A DNA stretch of 43,087 nt from a bacterium (GTDB lineage: Bacteria > Patescibacteriota > Minisyncoccia > Minisyncoccales > UBA10102). Numbering within the stretch: the stretch's first letter is position 1; each line of letters begins with the position of its first letter. The notes beneath the pieces are model-generated. The model was not told where the DNA came from and searched no databases. It worked only from the letters and a program-made list of their open reading frames with translations. Both the position numbers and the translations under genes were made by a program. Location: the NCBI GenBank assembly GCA_030647485.1, contig JAUSJT010000004.1, positions 1-43,087 on the forward strand, written 5' to 3'. Below are positions 19,501 through 29,269 of the stretch, one piece after another.

Positions 19501-19804
19501 GATTACGCAGCAGCCCTTGGGAGGGAAAGCGCAATTTGGAGGCCAGCGCTTTGGAGAAATGGAGGTATGGGCCCTGGAAGGATATGGCGCTGCCCACACT
19601 TTGCAAGAGATGCTCACTATAAAGTCTGACGACGTTCCAGGAAGAGCGGCAACATACGAGGCCATTCTGCGCGGGCAGAACATACAAACCCCTAACCTTC
19701 CTGCTTCTTTTAACTTGCTGCTAGCCGAGATGCGGTCATTAGGTCTGAATGTAGAAGTGAAAGAAAAAACAGTAAAGTCAAAGACTGAAAAAGAACAATC
19801 ATGA
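16580..19804 (+). CDS. rpoB: RNA polymerase beta subunit
   Basis: GTFIINGVERV, QTPEGPNIGL, GDKLAGRHGNKG, GGQRFGEMEVWALE. Confidence 0.99.
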   Translation: MTQPLYIKSFSKAKVHLDFPYLVEIQHDSWKRFWKQDFKELLQELSPIRDYTKKEFELWFLDFKLGEQNYKTDLAAKENDDSFEAPLRIKVRLINTKTKEIKEQEVFLADFPLMTERGTFIINGVERVAISQLIRSPGAFFTSQVARAKKLFGAKIIPNRGAWLELETEPSGFIAIRIDRKRKAPVTTLLRALGVQTEEEMLALFKDVDTGETKYIEETLKKDSAKNQQEALVEIYRRLRPGDYVTPDTAKELIWNMFFNFERYDLSRVGRWKTLQRLPQLQPKNKTPEGEYSIEDRVLKLQDVVEVVREIIRLNNTPGALPDQIDHLGNRRVRTFAEFLQNRLRVGFMRMERIIKDRMSTLDPSTITPAQLVNPRPVMAMIKEFFTSSQITQFMDNENPLAELEHKRRVSATGPGGLTRERAGFEVRDVQPSHYGRICPIQTPEGPNIGLVGHLASFAKINSYGFIETPYFKVEKGKVTDKVEYLNAFEEERHTIAHAGVLLDDHGKIIADKVGARIHGEPGTASRDQVDYIDVSPNQSISVGTALIPFLRNDDANRALMGSNMQRQAVPLVKPEAPYVGTGLEEIVAKDSGLAIVAKEDGVVLAVDARHIVITPQKAGGKAHEYELKNFVRTNQYTSFHQKPIVAKGEKVKTGQVIADGGGIDHGRLALGRNLLVAFVPWRGGNYEDAIILSERLVKEDAYTSIHLEDFTCDVRETKLGPEVTTGDIPNVGEEKLKDLDEEGVVRIGAQVRPNDILVGKISPKGEADLTSEERLLRAIFGEKARDVKDSSLNMPHGKRGRVVNVRVFTREEGHKLDPGVMKRIHVEVAEIRRIQPGDKLAGRHGNKGVVSLVLPEEDMPFMEDGTPVDIILNPLGVASRMNIGQILETHLGWAAKKLGYLAVTPGLAGATEEDIKVELKKAGLPEDGKVVLYDGRDGKVFPQRITVGIIYMMKLIHMVEDKIHMRSIGPYSLITQQPLGGKAQFGGQRFGEMEVWALEGYGAAHTLQEMLTIKSDDVPGRAATYEAILRGQNIQTPNLPASFNLLLAEMRSLGLNVEVKEKTVKSKTEKEQS

Positions 19805-22800
19805 GAGTCACCGATCTAGAATCATTGCGCATTAAGCTTGCTTCTCCAGACGATATTTTGTCATGGTCCCACGGAGAGGTAACCAAGCCTGAAACCATCA
19901 ATTACCGCACCCAGAAGGCGGAGAAGGACGGTCTTTTTGACGAGCGTATTTTCGGCCCCGAAAAGGATTTTGAGTGCTACTGCGGCAAGTACAGAAAGAT
20001 ACGGTACAAGGGCGTGGTGTGCGACCGGTGCGGGGTTGAGGTAACCAAGTCTTCTGTCCGCAGAGAGCGCATGGGCCATATCAAGCTTGCCGTTCCTTGT
20101 TCCCATATCTGGTTTTTGCGCGGAGTCCCTTCCCGCATGGGATTGATTGTAGATATTCCCGCTCAATCTCTAGAACGCGTCATCTATTTTGCTTCCTATA
20201 TCGTAACCAAGGTTGATGAGAAAGCAAAGGAGAGGGCGCAAGAAGAGATTGAGTCTGAATTCAAACAAAAGACAAAAGGGGTTGCAGACAAGGAAAAGCA
20301 GCAGCTCAAGGAAGCAAAAGAGCGCGCCCGCCAAGAGCTTCTCTCGCTAGAGCCCAGGAAGGTATTGTCTGAAGTTGAATACCAGGCGCTGTCTTTGAAA
20401 TACGGAGAGGTGTTTGAAGCTGGAACCGGAGCTGAAGTGTTGCGCAAGATATTCTGCGAGGTGGATATGAAGAAAGCGATAGGGGTAATGAAAAAACAGC
20501 TTGAAGAAGCATCTCCGTTAAACAGAAAGAAGATTTTGTCTCGGCTACGAGTATTCCAAGGCATGGTGAATGCGGGTATTAGGCCAGAATGGATGTTCTG
20601 GACCATGCTTCCCATTCTCCCTCCTGATTTGAGGCCCATGGTGCAGTTAGACGGAGGACGGTACGCGTCTTCCGACCTCAACGATTTGTACCGGAGGGTC
20701 ATTAACAGGAACAACAGGTTAAAATATCTTCTTGAGATAGGAGCTCCTGATGTTATTGTGCGCAATGAAAAGCGTATGCTCCAAGAGTCGGTGGACGCCT
20801 TGATAGACAATTCCATGAGAAAGGGGACCATGACGCAGGCCACCACTGGGGGCAAACGTTTGTTAAAATCCTTGGCTGATATGCTCAAGGGAAAGCAAGG
20901 AAGATTCCGTCAGAACCTCTTGGGCAAGCGCGTAGACTATTCGGGGAGATCTGTTATCGTGGTGGGGCCGGAACTCAAACTAAATCAGTGCGGGCTTCCA
21001 AAGCAAATGGCCTTAGAATTGTTTAAGCCTTTTGTCATCCAGAAGGTATTGGAGAAAGAGCTTGCGTTCAACGTGAGGGGAGCGAACCGCTTGATTGAAC
21101 AGGAGACCGATGATATCTGGGCCATTGTGGAAGAAGTGGTGGCGAATAAGGTTGTGTTGCTGAACCGCGCCCCTACGCTTCATCGTTTGGGCATCCAGGC
21201 CTTTTATCCAATACTAGTTGGAGGAGAGGCCATACGGCTGCATCCTTTAGTGTGTTCTGCGTTTAATGCGGATTTTGATGGAGACCAAATGGCGGTCCAT
21301 GTTCCTTTATCCAAGGAAGCGCAAGACGAGGCAAAAGAGCTTATGCTTTCTTCTTTGAATCTATTCAAGCCTGCAACAGGAAATCCCGTGGTGGGGCCCA
21401 GGCAAGACATGGTGCTGGGGTGCTACTATCTTACTGGCTTGGACGATATGAAGGAGGGGACTCCTTTGAAAGTTTTTAGCTCTGAAAAAGAAGCTACTTT
21501 GGCGCATGAATTGTATGACCTTTCGTTGAGAGAGAAGATAAAAGTGCTGTATAGGGGAGAGATGACTGAAACCACGCTGGGAAGAATGATATTCAATGGT
21601 TTTCTTCCAGACGGCATGCCCTTTCTTAACGACCAAATAAATGCAAAGAAAATGGAAGGGTTGGTTGGTCTTATCTTAAGACGGTATGAAAAAGAGGATG
21701 CCCATGAAGTGTTAGACAAGATAAAAACATTGGGATTTGAATACGCGACCAAGTCTGGCATCACATGGGGCATGGATGATTTACTTGTTCCTCCAGAAAA
21801 GGCAGGCCTCTTGGAACAGGCAGAAAAAGAAATTGAAATTGTAGACTCACATTGGAAACGAGGCTTGCTGTCTCGAGAGGAGAGGAGCGTGAAGGTTATT
21901 GGAATATGGCAGGGCGTGAAGTCTGCCATTGAAAAGCTGGTGCCCAAGATTTTGCCTCATGGAGGTTCGGTGTTCTCCATTATTGATTCAGGATCGCGCG
22001 CCTCCTGGTCCCAGCCGGTTCAAATGGCAGGCATGAAAGGGCTTGTGATAAATCCTGCAGGCAGAATCATTGAACTTCCCGTAAAGAGCTCTTTTAAGGA
22101 AGGATTTGACGTGTTGGAGTACTTTATCGCGACACATGGAGCCAGAAAAGGAACCGCGGACACAGCTTTAAGAACGTCTACCGCGGGGTACTTGACCCGC
22201 CGTCTCATTGATGTATCTCATGACGTGCTTATCACAGAGGCAGACTGCAAGGATGACAAGGGTATTGTTATCACAAAAGCTGCGGCGCTTGCCTTGGGGC
22301 AGAACCTTGGGTTTAAAATAGCGAGCAGGTTCGCTCTTGAAGATATTGAGGGAGTTGTGAAAAAAGGAGAGGTTATTGATTTAGAATCTGCGCAGAAAAT
22401 AGCAGAAATGGATGAAGTGAAGGAAATCCGAATTCGTTCCCCGCTGTCTTGTAAGATTGCCCGCGGCATATGCCAAAAGTGCTATGGTTGGGATCTCGGC
22501 CTGAACACCGAGGTTGCTTTCGGGTCTGCGGTAGGCATTGTAGCAGCCCAGTCCATTGGAGAGCCAGGAACCCAGCTTACTATGAGAACTTTTCATACAG
22601 GAGGCGTGGCAGGAGGAGGAGACATCACCCAGGGTCTGCCAAGGGTGGAGGAAATCTTTGAAGGGAGAGTCCCTTCGGGCAAGGCTCTTATCGCAGAGGC
22701 GGAGGGAATAGTCCAAGAGATTTCTCTGGAGGGAGTCATTAAGATATTGTCTACACAAGATTCTTCCCCAAAGTTAAAGGCAGGTAAGAAATCTACCTCC

Positions 22801-23406
22801 GCTGAAGCTCCCGCCTTCGCCAAGGCTTTAGCGGGCAAGACGGTAGAAAAGGAAACAAAAGAGTATACCGCTCCTTTAAAAAGAGCTATTTGGGTGAAGG
22901 TGGGTGATCTTGTACAGCAAGGGCAGCAGCTTTGCGAGGGGCATGTGGACTTGGGAGAGCTGTTCAAGAGCGCAGGAAAAGAAGCAACCGAGAAATACAT
23001 TGTGCAAGAGGTGCAGCGCATTTATACCTCCCAGGGAGCTTCCATACACGACAAGCACATTGAGGTCATATGCCGTCAGATGTTCTCAAGAGTCAGGGTC
23101 AAGGATACGGGAGACAGTAAGTTCACCGAAGGAGAGGTTGTAGAGCGCCCCGCCTTTGTGGAAGAGAATAGAAAGTTAAAGAAACAAGAAAAGAAGCTCG
23201 CGTCTGCTGTGCAGTTGCTTTTGGGAGTGTCTAAAATCGCGCTTACCACCGAAAGCTTCCTCTCTTCTGCTTCCTTCCAGGAAACGTCCCGCGTACTCAT
23301 TCGAGCCTCTCTTGAAGGAAAAGAAGACAAACTGCGAGGATTAAAGGAGAATGTGATTATAGGGAAGCTCATTCCCGCAGGCCGTGGATTCAGACCGCAG
23401 GCATAA
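19801..23406 (+). CDS. rpoC: RNA polymerase beta' subunit
   Basis: NADFDGDQMAVH, GKRVDYSGRS, GEPGTQLTMRTFH. Confidence 0.99.
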   Translation: MRVTDLESLRIKLASPDDILSWSHGEVTKPETINYRTQKAEKDGLFDERIFGPEKDFECYCGKYRKIRYKGVVCDRCGVEVTKSSVRRERMGHIKLAVPCSHIWFLRGVPSRMGLIVDIPAQSLERVIYFASYIVTKVDEKAKERAQEEIESEFKQKTKGVADKEKQQLKEAKERARQELLSLEPRKVLSEVEYQALSLKYGEVFEAGTGAEVLRKIFCEVDMKKAIGVMKKQLEEASPLNRKKILSRLRVFQGMVNAGIRPEWMFWTMLPILPPDLRPMVQLDGGRYASSDLNDLYRRVINRNNRLKYLLEIGAPDVIVRNEKRMLQESVDALIDNSMRKGTMTQATTGGKRLLKSLADMLKGKQGRFRQNLLGKRVDYSGRSVIVVGPELKLNQCGLPKQMALELFKPFVIQKVLEKELAFNVRGANRLIEQETDDIWAIVEEVVANKVVLLNRAPTLHRLGIQAFYPILVGGEAIRLHPLVCSAFNADFDGDQMAVHVPLSKEAQDEAKELMLSSLNLFKPATGNPVVGPRQDMVLGCYYLTGLDDMKEGTPLKVFSSEKEATLAHELYDLSLREKIKVLYRGEMTETTLGRMIFNGFLPDGMPFLNDQINAKKMEGLVGLILRRYEKEDAHEVLDKIKTLGFEYATKSGITWGMDDLLVPPEKAGLLEQAEKEIEIVDSHWKRGLLSREERSVKVIGIWQGVKSAIEKLVPKILPHGGSVFSIIDSGSRASWSQPVQMAGMKGLVINPAGRIIELPVKSSFKEGFDVLEYFIATHGARKGTADTALRTSTAGYLTRRLIDVSHDVLITEADCKDDKGIVITKAAALALGQNLGFKIASRFALEDIEGVVKKGEVIDLESAQKIAEMDEVKEIRIRSPLSCKIARGICQKCYGWDLGLNTEVAFGSAVGIVAAQSIGEPGTQLTMRTFHTGGVAGGGDITQGLPRVEEIFEGRVPSGKALIAEAEGIVQEISLEGVIKILSTQDSSPKLKAGKKSTSAEAPAFAKALAGKTVEKETKEYTAPLKRAIWVKVGDLVQQGQQLCEGHVDLGELFKSAGKEATEKYIVQEVQRIYTSQGASIHDKHIEVICRQMFSRVRVKDTGDSKFTEGEVVERPAFVEENRKLKKQEKKLASAVQLLLGVSKIALTTESFLSSASFQETSRVLIRASLEGKEDKLRGLKENVIIGKLIPAGRGFRPQA

Positions 23407-23416
23407 AGAGACAAAG

Positions 23417-23439
23417 AATCGCCACGGGGGCGGTTTTTT
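23417..23439 (+). terminator. Intrinsic terminator after rpoC
   Basis: AATCGCC-ACGGG-GGCGGTT followed by a T tract. Confidence 0.7.
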
Positions 23440-23527
23440 GATAGAGTAGTGATATGCAAGAGATGTATTTTTTGATAGATAAGAATAATACAGACAAGTT
23501 TTAACATCGTCCACGACACGGAGCAGA

Positions 23528-23556
23528 TTGACATGGACGAGTAAGAAAGATAGCAT
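23528..23556 (+). promoter_or_regulatory. Promoter of the DUF4258/DUF2283 pair with a possible operator
   Basis: TTGACA-17 nt-TAGCAT; inverted repeat TCGTCCA (23507-13) / TGGACGA (23534-40) around the -35. Confidence 0.55.
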
Positions 23557-23570
23557 AAGCATACAAGAAG

Positions 23571-23813
23571 ATGAACATCAAGATTCATCCCCATGCAAGA
23601 GTACGGATGCAGGAACGTGGGGCTACAAAACAAGAAGTGATAGCCACCGTGCAGCAGGGAGAACAATTTAGGGCAAAGTTTGGGAGAACTGGATTTCGTA
23701 TGAACTTTCCGATACCAGCCAAGAAAGGTTATCGAACAAAGCAGCTTGAAGTATACGGACTCGAAGAAAATAATAAATTTACTGTTATTAGCATCATTGT
23801 AAAGTACTTTTGA
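23571..23813 (+). CDS. DUF4258-like (RelE/BrnT-fold) putative toxin
   Basis: IHPHARVRMQERGAT...EV...VISII; 80 aa. Confidence 0.7.
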   Translation: MNIKIHPHARVRMQERGATKQEVIATVQQGEQFRAKFGRTGFRMNFPIPAKKGYRTKQLEVYGLEENNKFTVISIIVKYF

Positions 23814-23818
23814 TTACC

Positions 23819-24061
23819 ATGAAGGTTACCTACGATTCAAAATATAATATTGCATATATCGTACTGCGAGAGAAACGAACCAAGATAAAAACAATCAGCC
23901 TGAGTGACGAGGTTAATGTTGATATTGCTCCCGACGGTACCTTGTACGGCATTGAACTTCTCAACGCCAACAAACAACTCAAAACTAGATCAAGGGGCGT
24001 TGGCTTTACTATTTCCAATATTTCTACCGGCAAGAGCGTTGTCGTTCCCTTGGGAGTATAA
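23819..24061 (+). CDS. DUF2283 family protein (putative antitoxin)
   Basis: MKVTYDSKYNIAYI...VNVDIAPDGTLYGIELLNA. Confidence 0.8.
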   Translation: MKVTYDSKYNIAYIVLREKRTKIKTISLSDEVNVDIAPDGTLYGIELLNANKQLKTRSRGVGFTISNISTGKSVVVPLGV

Positions 24062-24095
24062 AACCAATTATATTCTTTCTTCTTAAAACACAAAG

Positions 24096-24129
24096 AATCG
24101 TCCTGAGCGTTACCGAAGGACGGTTTTTT
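24096..24129 (+). terminator. Intrinsic terminator
   Basis: AATCGTCCT...AGGACGGTT followed by a T tract. Confidence 0.65.
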
Positions 24130-24182
24130 GTATGACAGTGCATAAGAATATTTGTTTTTGTTCCGAATTTCCTTTATACTGT

Positions 24183-26345
24183 ATGAATACCGTGGCAAAA
24201 AAGAACAGATCAAAACATACCAAGGCTCCCGCAAGGAAATTATTCTCTGTTTCAGAGTACGCGCAACGCACAATGTTTGGCATTGGCATGATTGCGCTGG
24301 CTGGCATATTCCTTTTCTCTTTTTTTGAGAAGGCTGGAGGGGCGGGCCAGCTGTTTTTCTCTCTCTTCTCTTTTCTTATGGGGAAAATAGTATTTCTGGT
24401 TCCTTTATTGTGCATATTGGCCGGTCTTGTGTTCTTGGGCATGAAAGGCATGAAGGCGGGTTCTTTATTTTTTGCCATGCTGTTGCTTCTCGTAGGAGTA
24501 GAGGGCATAGTGGGAAGCGCGGCACGGGCAACCAGCTTGGACGTGGAGGCAACCTCGGGAATGCTGGGCCTTATTCTTTCCTGGCCTGTGTTTGGCGCGT
24601 TCGGATTTTGGGTTTCTGAAATTATTTTTTCTAGCGTAGCCGTGGCTGCAGCTTCTATGCTTTGGCATTTGCTGGATCACAGCCTCGCAGCACCGAGCGC
24701 GTTTTTCAAGAATCCTGTGGTGAAGGTAAAGAAGATTGAAGAAGAGCCGAAGTTTGAGGTGAATGGAGTACAAGACGAGCCTAAGATCATGAATGGAAAT
24801 GTTGATAAGAACGTGGAAGTAAAAGAAGAAAAGTCCTCAAAAGCCCCAAAGCCCTTTGAGCCCCTTCCCGTGGTGGGGGATTATCAGTTTCCTCCTTTAG
24901 ATCTTTTGGAGGCGGAGCACGGCACTCCTAATGCGGGAGATGTGAAAATATACTCTGCGATTATCAAGAAAACGCTTGCGAATTTTGATATTCCCGTAGA
25001 AATTTCAGAGGTGAATATCGGGCCTGCGGTCACGCAATACGCATTCAAGCCCGCGGAAGGCATTAAACTATCCCGTATTGTGGCGCTGTCCAATGATTTG
25101 TCTTTGGCCTTGGCAGCCCATCCTATACGCATTGAAGCGCCCATCCCTGGGCGATCTCTGGTTGGCATTGAAATCCCAAATCGCGTGAGGACCGTTGTGC
25201 GCCTGCGCAATATTATGGAGAATATGCAGTTTAAAGATTCTGTGTCTCCTCTATTGATTGGGTTGGGTAAGGATGTGGCAGGGAATCATATATTCGCAGA
25301 CTTGGCTCGCATGCCCCACTTGCTTATCGCAGGGGCAACGGGTACGGGAAAGACCATAGGATTGAACAATATTATCTTAAGCCTTATTTACCGCAACCCT
25401 CCTTCTCGCCTTCGGTTTATCTTGGTAGACCCAAAGCGCGTGGAGTTTCCCGTGTATAACGAGCTTCCGCATTTGCTGACTCCTGTGATTCTTGATACCC
25501 AGCGCGCTATAAACGCATTAAAGTGGCTCGTAAAGGAAATGGAAAGAAGGTTCCAAGTTCTTTCCCAGGCGCGGTGCCGCGACATTGGGTCATATCATCA
25601 GATGAGCCAAACTACGGCTAAGAGTGCTGAAGAATTTGAGCCCATGCCCTATATCGTGCTTGTTATTGATGAATTAGCAGATCTCATGGCTTCTCGGGGC
25701 AAGGAGTTAGAAGGAATGATTGTACGCTTGGCTCAAATGGCTAGAGCCGTGGGTATTCACCTTGTGCTTGCAACACAGAGGCCTTCTGTGGAGGTTATCA
25801 CCGGCCTTATCAAAGCGAATATTACGAGCAGAGTTGCGTTTCAGGTCGCCTCGCAAGTGGATTCCCGCACCATATTAGATGGCGCTGGAGCAGAAAAGCT
25901 CTTGGGTCAGGGAGATATGCTCTATGTCTCATCGGATTTTACCCGGCCAAGGAGAATCCAAGGAGCGTACGTGTCAGATAAAGACGTAAAGAAGGTTGCG
26001 AGCTGGATTTCCAAGGAATCAAAAGATTTTGTTGCCGACCATATCGGAGAAGACGAATTAAGCCAGAGCGCACAGGAAGGAGTTTTGGCTCCGGGCGTCT
26101 CACAAACGTCTGAATCAGACGACCCTTTGTATGAAGAGGCAAAGCGGGTAGTGATTGAGGCTAAAAAAGCTTCAGCTTCTCTTCTTCAGAGGCGTTTGAA
26201 AGTTGGATATGCAAGAGCGGCACGACTTCTTGATATTTTAGAGGAGCGGGGAGTTGTGGGCCCAGGAGAAGGGGCAAAACCCAGAGAGGTATATGGCATT
26301 TCTCAAGAAGAAGGAGGAGAAGCTTCCAATTGGTTCAGTCCTTAA
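24183..26345 (+). CDS. ftsK: DNA translocase FtsK/SpoIIIE
   Basis: N-terminal TMs; PHLLIAGATGTGKT, IDELADLM, gamma domain SASLLQRRLKVGYARAARL. Start uncertain. Confidence 0.95.
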   Translation: MNTVAKKNRSKHTKAPARKLFSVSEYAQRTMFGIGMIALAGIFLFSFFEKAGGAGQLFFSLFSFLMGKIVFLVPLLCILAGLVFLGMKGMKAGSLFFAMLLLLVGVEGIVGSAARATSLDVEATSGMLGLILSWPVFGAFGFWVSEIIFSSVAVAAASMLWHLLDHSLAAPSAFFKNPVVKVKKIEEEPKFEVNGVQDEPKIMNGNVDKNVEVKEEKSSKAPKPFEPLPVVGDYQFPPLDLLEAEHGTPNAGDVKIYSAIIKKTLANFDIPVEISEVNIGPAVTQYAFKPAEGIKLSRIVALSNDLSLALAAHPIRIEAPIPGRSLVGIEIPNRVRTVVRLRNIMENMQFKDSVSPLLIGLGKDVAGNHIFADLARMPHLLIAGATGTGKTIGLNNIILSLIYRNPPSRLRFILVDPKRVEFPVYNELPHLLTPVILDTQRAINALKWLVKEMERRFQVLSQARCRDIGSYHQMSQTTAKSAEEFEPMPYIVLVIDELADLMASRGKELEGMIVRLAQMARAVGIHLVLATQRPSVEVITGLIKANITSRVAFQVASQVDSRTILDGAGAEKLLGQGDMLYVSSDFTRPRRIQGAYVSDKDVKKVASWISKESKDFVADHIGEDELSQSAQEGVLAPGVSQTSESDDPLYEEAKRVVIEAKKASASLLQRRLKVGYARAARLLDILEERGVVGPGEGAKPREVYGISQEEGGEASNWFSP

Positions 26346-26369
26346 CTTTTCAGCGGGCTGTGTGCAACT

Positions 26370-26398
26370 GGCTGGGCGAAACCGGGTTTCGCCCAGCC
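26370..26398. repeat. Left REP-like hairpin of transposase 2
   Basis: GGCTGGGCGAAAC-CGG-GTTTCGCCCAGCC. Confidence 0.9.
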
Positions 26399-26415
26399 CA
26401 TCGGGCAGTAATATT

Positions 26416-27135
26416 ATGAGAAGAAAAATTCCATTCGTCGTAGGGAAAATCTACCATATTTATAATCGAGGTGTTGCTAAGTGCCAAATTTGCAATGGAG
26501 AAGCGGACTGCTGGAGATTTATGCAAGGATTATGTTTATTTAATGATACTAAGAGTACAAGCAGTATACTCTGGCATCTTGAGCGAGATCGAAGTAGACT
26601 CACTATGAATGTGTTGAAGCAATATCTTGTTGATCACGGGAAAAGTAGAGAGCCGCTCGTGCGTATTATGGCGTATTGCCTTATGGGTAATCACTATCAT
26701 CTTATATCTGAAGAAATCCAGGAGGGCGGAATTACAAAATTTATGCACAAGCTCGGCGTTGGATATGCAAATTATTTCAATAACAAACATAAGCGAGTGG
26801 GAAGTTTGTTCCAGGGCAGGTTTAAAAACGTGTTAGTTGAAACCGACCAGCAGCTTCTTTACTTGCTGGTCTATATTAACGTGTTGAATCCTGCTGAGTT
26901 TGTTGCGCCAAATTGGAAAGAACAAGGAATACCAAATATAGGAAAAGTGTTACAATACGCAGAGAGTTACATCTGGGGTACGCATTTGGAGTATTTAGGA
27001 AAGCGGAAGTCACTGATTATTGATAAAGGAATTCTTGATGAGATGCTTCCCACGCCAGAAGCGTATCTTGAATTAGTATGTGGTGTGTTGAGGGGAAAGA
27101 AATACGAAGCAGTAGCTGAACTTATGCTCGAGTAA
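26416..27135 (+). CDS. Second HUH/Y1 tyrosine transposase (RAYT-like)
   Basis: YHIYNRG, NHYH, YFNNKHKRVGSLFQGRFK, YINVLNP; 239 aa from ATG 26416. Confidence 0.85.
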   Translation: MRRKIPFVVGKIYHIYNRGVAKCQICNGEADCWRFMQGLCLFNDTKSTSSILWHLERDRSRLTMNVLKQYLVDHGKSREPLVRIMAYCLMGNHYHLISEEIQEGGITKFMHKLGVGYANYFNNKHKRVGSLFQGRFKNVLVETDQQLLYLLVYINVLNPAEFVAPNWKEQGIPNIGKVLQYAESYIWGTHLEYLGKRKSLIIDKGILDEMLPTPEAYLELVCGVLRGKKYEAVAELMLE

Positions 27136-27146
27136 GGTTTAGGCTT

Positions 27147-27177
27147 GGGCTGGGCGAAACCCGGTTTCGCCCAGCCC
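27147..27177. repeat. Right REP-like hairpin of transposase 2 (inverted orientation)
   Basis: GGGCTGGGCGAAAC-CCG-GTTTCGCCCAGCCC. Confidence 0.9.
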
Positions 27178-27189
27178 GAAAACACATGG

Positions 27190-28047
27190 ATGCAAAAAAC
27201 TCTGAACAAAAAAATATTGAACGGGGGGGGCGGATTTACTCTCATTGAACTGCTGGTGGTCATTGCGGTTATCGGTATGCTTGCTTCCATTGTGCTGGTC
27301 TCTCTCAAGGGCACGAGAGAAAAAACATCTATTGCAAAAGGGAAAAATCTTTCTTCTCAGATTGCTCATGTTCTCGGCATTGAGGCGCGCGGAATCTGGC
27401 ACTTTGAAGAAACAAGCGGTCCGTCCCTGGATTCCTCCGGATACGGAGGAAATGGAACATGGAATAACGTTCAAAGTAAGACGGTAGCGGAGTGTGGATT
27501 GGATTTAGGGGGGTGTCTGTATTTCAATGGGAATGCGAACGTAGATGTTGGCAGTTCTTCTGCTCAGGGCCTGCAGAACACCGTGACTGTTTCTGCCTGG
27601 GTGTATTATTCCGGGGACCCCTCTTGGAGAACATATTTTGGGAGAAAGAGTTGGGCTACGCAGCAGTTTTTCAATCTCGCGTACAATATTAATTGTGGCC
27701 CTACCGTCCCTTGGATGGTATACTACGGCAACTTCCAGAGTTTCTGTTGGGGTGATGATCTGCGGAATCAATGGGTGCATTTGGTTGTAACCTATGACAG
27801 TTCATTATCTTCGGCGAACTTCAAGACATATCAGAATGGTGTTGCAAAGCAAACAAGGAACTTTAACGGAATTGCAATCCTTGACGGTAGCGCCTCGTTG
27901 ATTGGAAACAGCGTTGACGTTCGTCCTTGGAATGGATATATAGATGAGGTTGCGATTTACGCAGCCACTTTCACTGCAGGCGAAATTCAGCAACTGTACG
28001 CGGAAGGCGCCCCGCGTCATCAAGTGGCCTCCGTTCCAGGGATGTGA
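27190..28047 (+). CDS. Type IV prepilin-like protein with LamG domain
   Basis: G|[20 protein letters not shown] cleavage/methylation motif; WHFEE...WVHLVVTYD...GYIDEVAIY. Confidence 0.88.
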   Translation: MQKTLNKKILNGGGGFTLIELLVVIAVIGMLASIVLVSLKGTREKTSIAKGKNLSSQIAHVLGIEARGIWHFEETSGPSLDSSGYGGNGTWNNVQSKTVAECGLDLGGCLYFNGNANVDVGSSSAQGLQNTVTVSAWVYYSGDPSWRTYFGRKSWATQQFFNLAYNINCGPTVPWMVYYGNFQSFCWGDDLRNQWVHLVVTYDSSLSSANFKTYQNGVAKQTRNFNGIAILDGSASLIGNSVDVRPWNGYIDEVAIYAATFTAGEIQQLYAEGAPRHQVASVPGM

Positions 28048-28060
28048 TAAGATAAAAAAG

Positions 28061-29056
28061 ATGGTGAAGAAAAAAGAACCAAAACAGTACGCTGGAGACT
28101 TGAAGGAAGCTATTGAGGAAATCAAGCAGCGTTTTGGAGAGGGGGCGATTATGAAGCTGTCAGAGGCAAAAGCAATGGACGTGGAGATCATACCCACGGG
28201 ATCTGTTTCTATTGATATTGCCTTGGGAGCCGGAGGAGTGCCCAGGGGCAGGGTTATTGAGATTTACGGTCCAGAAGCTTCGGGAAAGACGACTCTTGCA
28301 CTCCATATTATTGCAGAAGCCCAAAAGCAGGGAGGAGTTGGAGCGTTTATTGACGCAGAGCATGCGTTAGACCCTGAATACGCCAAGCGCATCGGAGTCA
28401 ACGTGAACGAACTTCTCATATCCCAGCCAGACTCGGGCGAGCAGGCCCTGCAAATCTTGGAAACCCTGGTGCGCTCGGGAGAGGTTGATGTCATAGTGAT
28501 AGACTCGGTGGCAGCCCTGACCCCAAAGACCGAGATCGCAGGAGAAATGGGGGAATTCCAAATAGGGCTTCAGGCGCGGTTGATGTCTGCCGCTCTCAGA
28601 AAGTTGTCTTCCATTGTTTCTAAAACAAAAACATGCGTCATCTTTATTAATCAGATCCGCATGAAGATTGGAGTTTTCTTTGGGAATCCGGAAACTACTC
28701 CGGGAGGGTTGGCTTTGAAGTTTTATGCCTCGGTCCGTATTGAGCTGCGGAGAATAGCGCAGCTAAAGCACGGGGATGAGATTACGGGAAATAGGGTTCG
28801 CGCAAAAATAGTGAAGAATAAGGTTGCGGCTCCTTTCAGGACCTGCGAGTTTGATATCTATTACAACGAAGGTATTTCGTATAACGCGGATATTGTAAAC
28901 GCGGGGATACGAGACGGTATTATCAAAAAACAAGGCAGTTGGCTTCAGTTTGATGTTGTGAAACTCGGGCAAGGATTTGAGCAGGCGAGAACCTTCCTTG
29001 GGGAGAATCCAAAAGTTGTAAAGGAAATCCGAGACCGTTTGCTCGAGAAAAAGTAA
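28061..29056 (+). CDS. recA: Recombinase A
   Basis: [30 protein letters not shown]. Start reassigned to ATG 28061. Confidence 0.98.
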   Translation: MVKKKEPKQYAGDLKEAIEEIKQRFGEGAIMKLSEAKAMDVEIIPTGSVSIDIALGAGGVPRGRVIEIYGPEASGKTTLALHIIAEAQKQGGVGAFIDAEHALDPEYAKRIGVNVNELLISQPDSGEQALQILETLVRSGEVDVIVIDSVAALTPKTEIAGEMGEFQIGLQARLMSAALRKLSSIVSKTKTCVIFINQIRMKIGVFFGNPETTPGGLALKFYASVRIELRRIAQLKHGDEITGNRVRAKIVKNKVAAPFRTCEFDIYYNEGISYNADIVNAGIRDGIIKKQGSWLQFDVVKLGQGFEQARTFLGENPKVVKEIRDRLLEKK

Positions 29057-29067
29057 TAAGAATATTA

Positions 29068-29265
29068 CTACTTTGAGGTAGCAGAGAGCAATCCTATATG
29101 TCTTGCTCTTTTGATTGCGTTTGCAACATGTCTCTGGTGAGAAGAACAGAGTCCTGTCTTCTCTTTTGAGCGTATCTTGCCGAGTCCGGAGATATAGTTT
29201 CTCAATAGGTAGGTATCCTTAAAGTCTATATCCTGTATATTTTTTTTGCACAGATAGCAGTCCAT
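29068..29265 (-). CDS. rpsR: 30S ribosomal protein S18
   Basis: CYLC...IDFKD...TGLCSSHQRHVANAIKRAR. Confidence 0.93.
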   Translation of the reverse strand: MDCYLCKKNIQDIDFKDTYLLRNYISGLGKIRSKEKTGLCSSHQRHVANAIKRARHIGLLSATSK

Positions 29266-29269
29266 GGTG

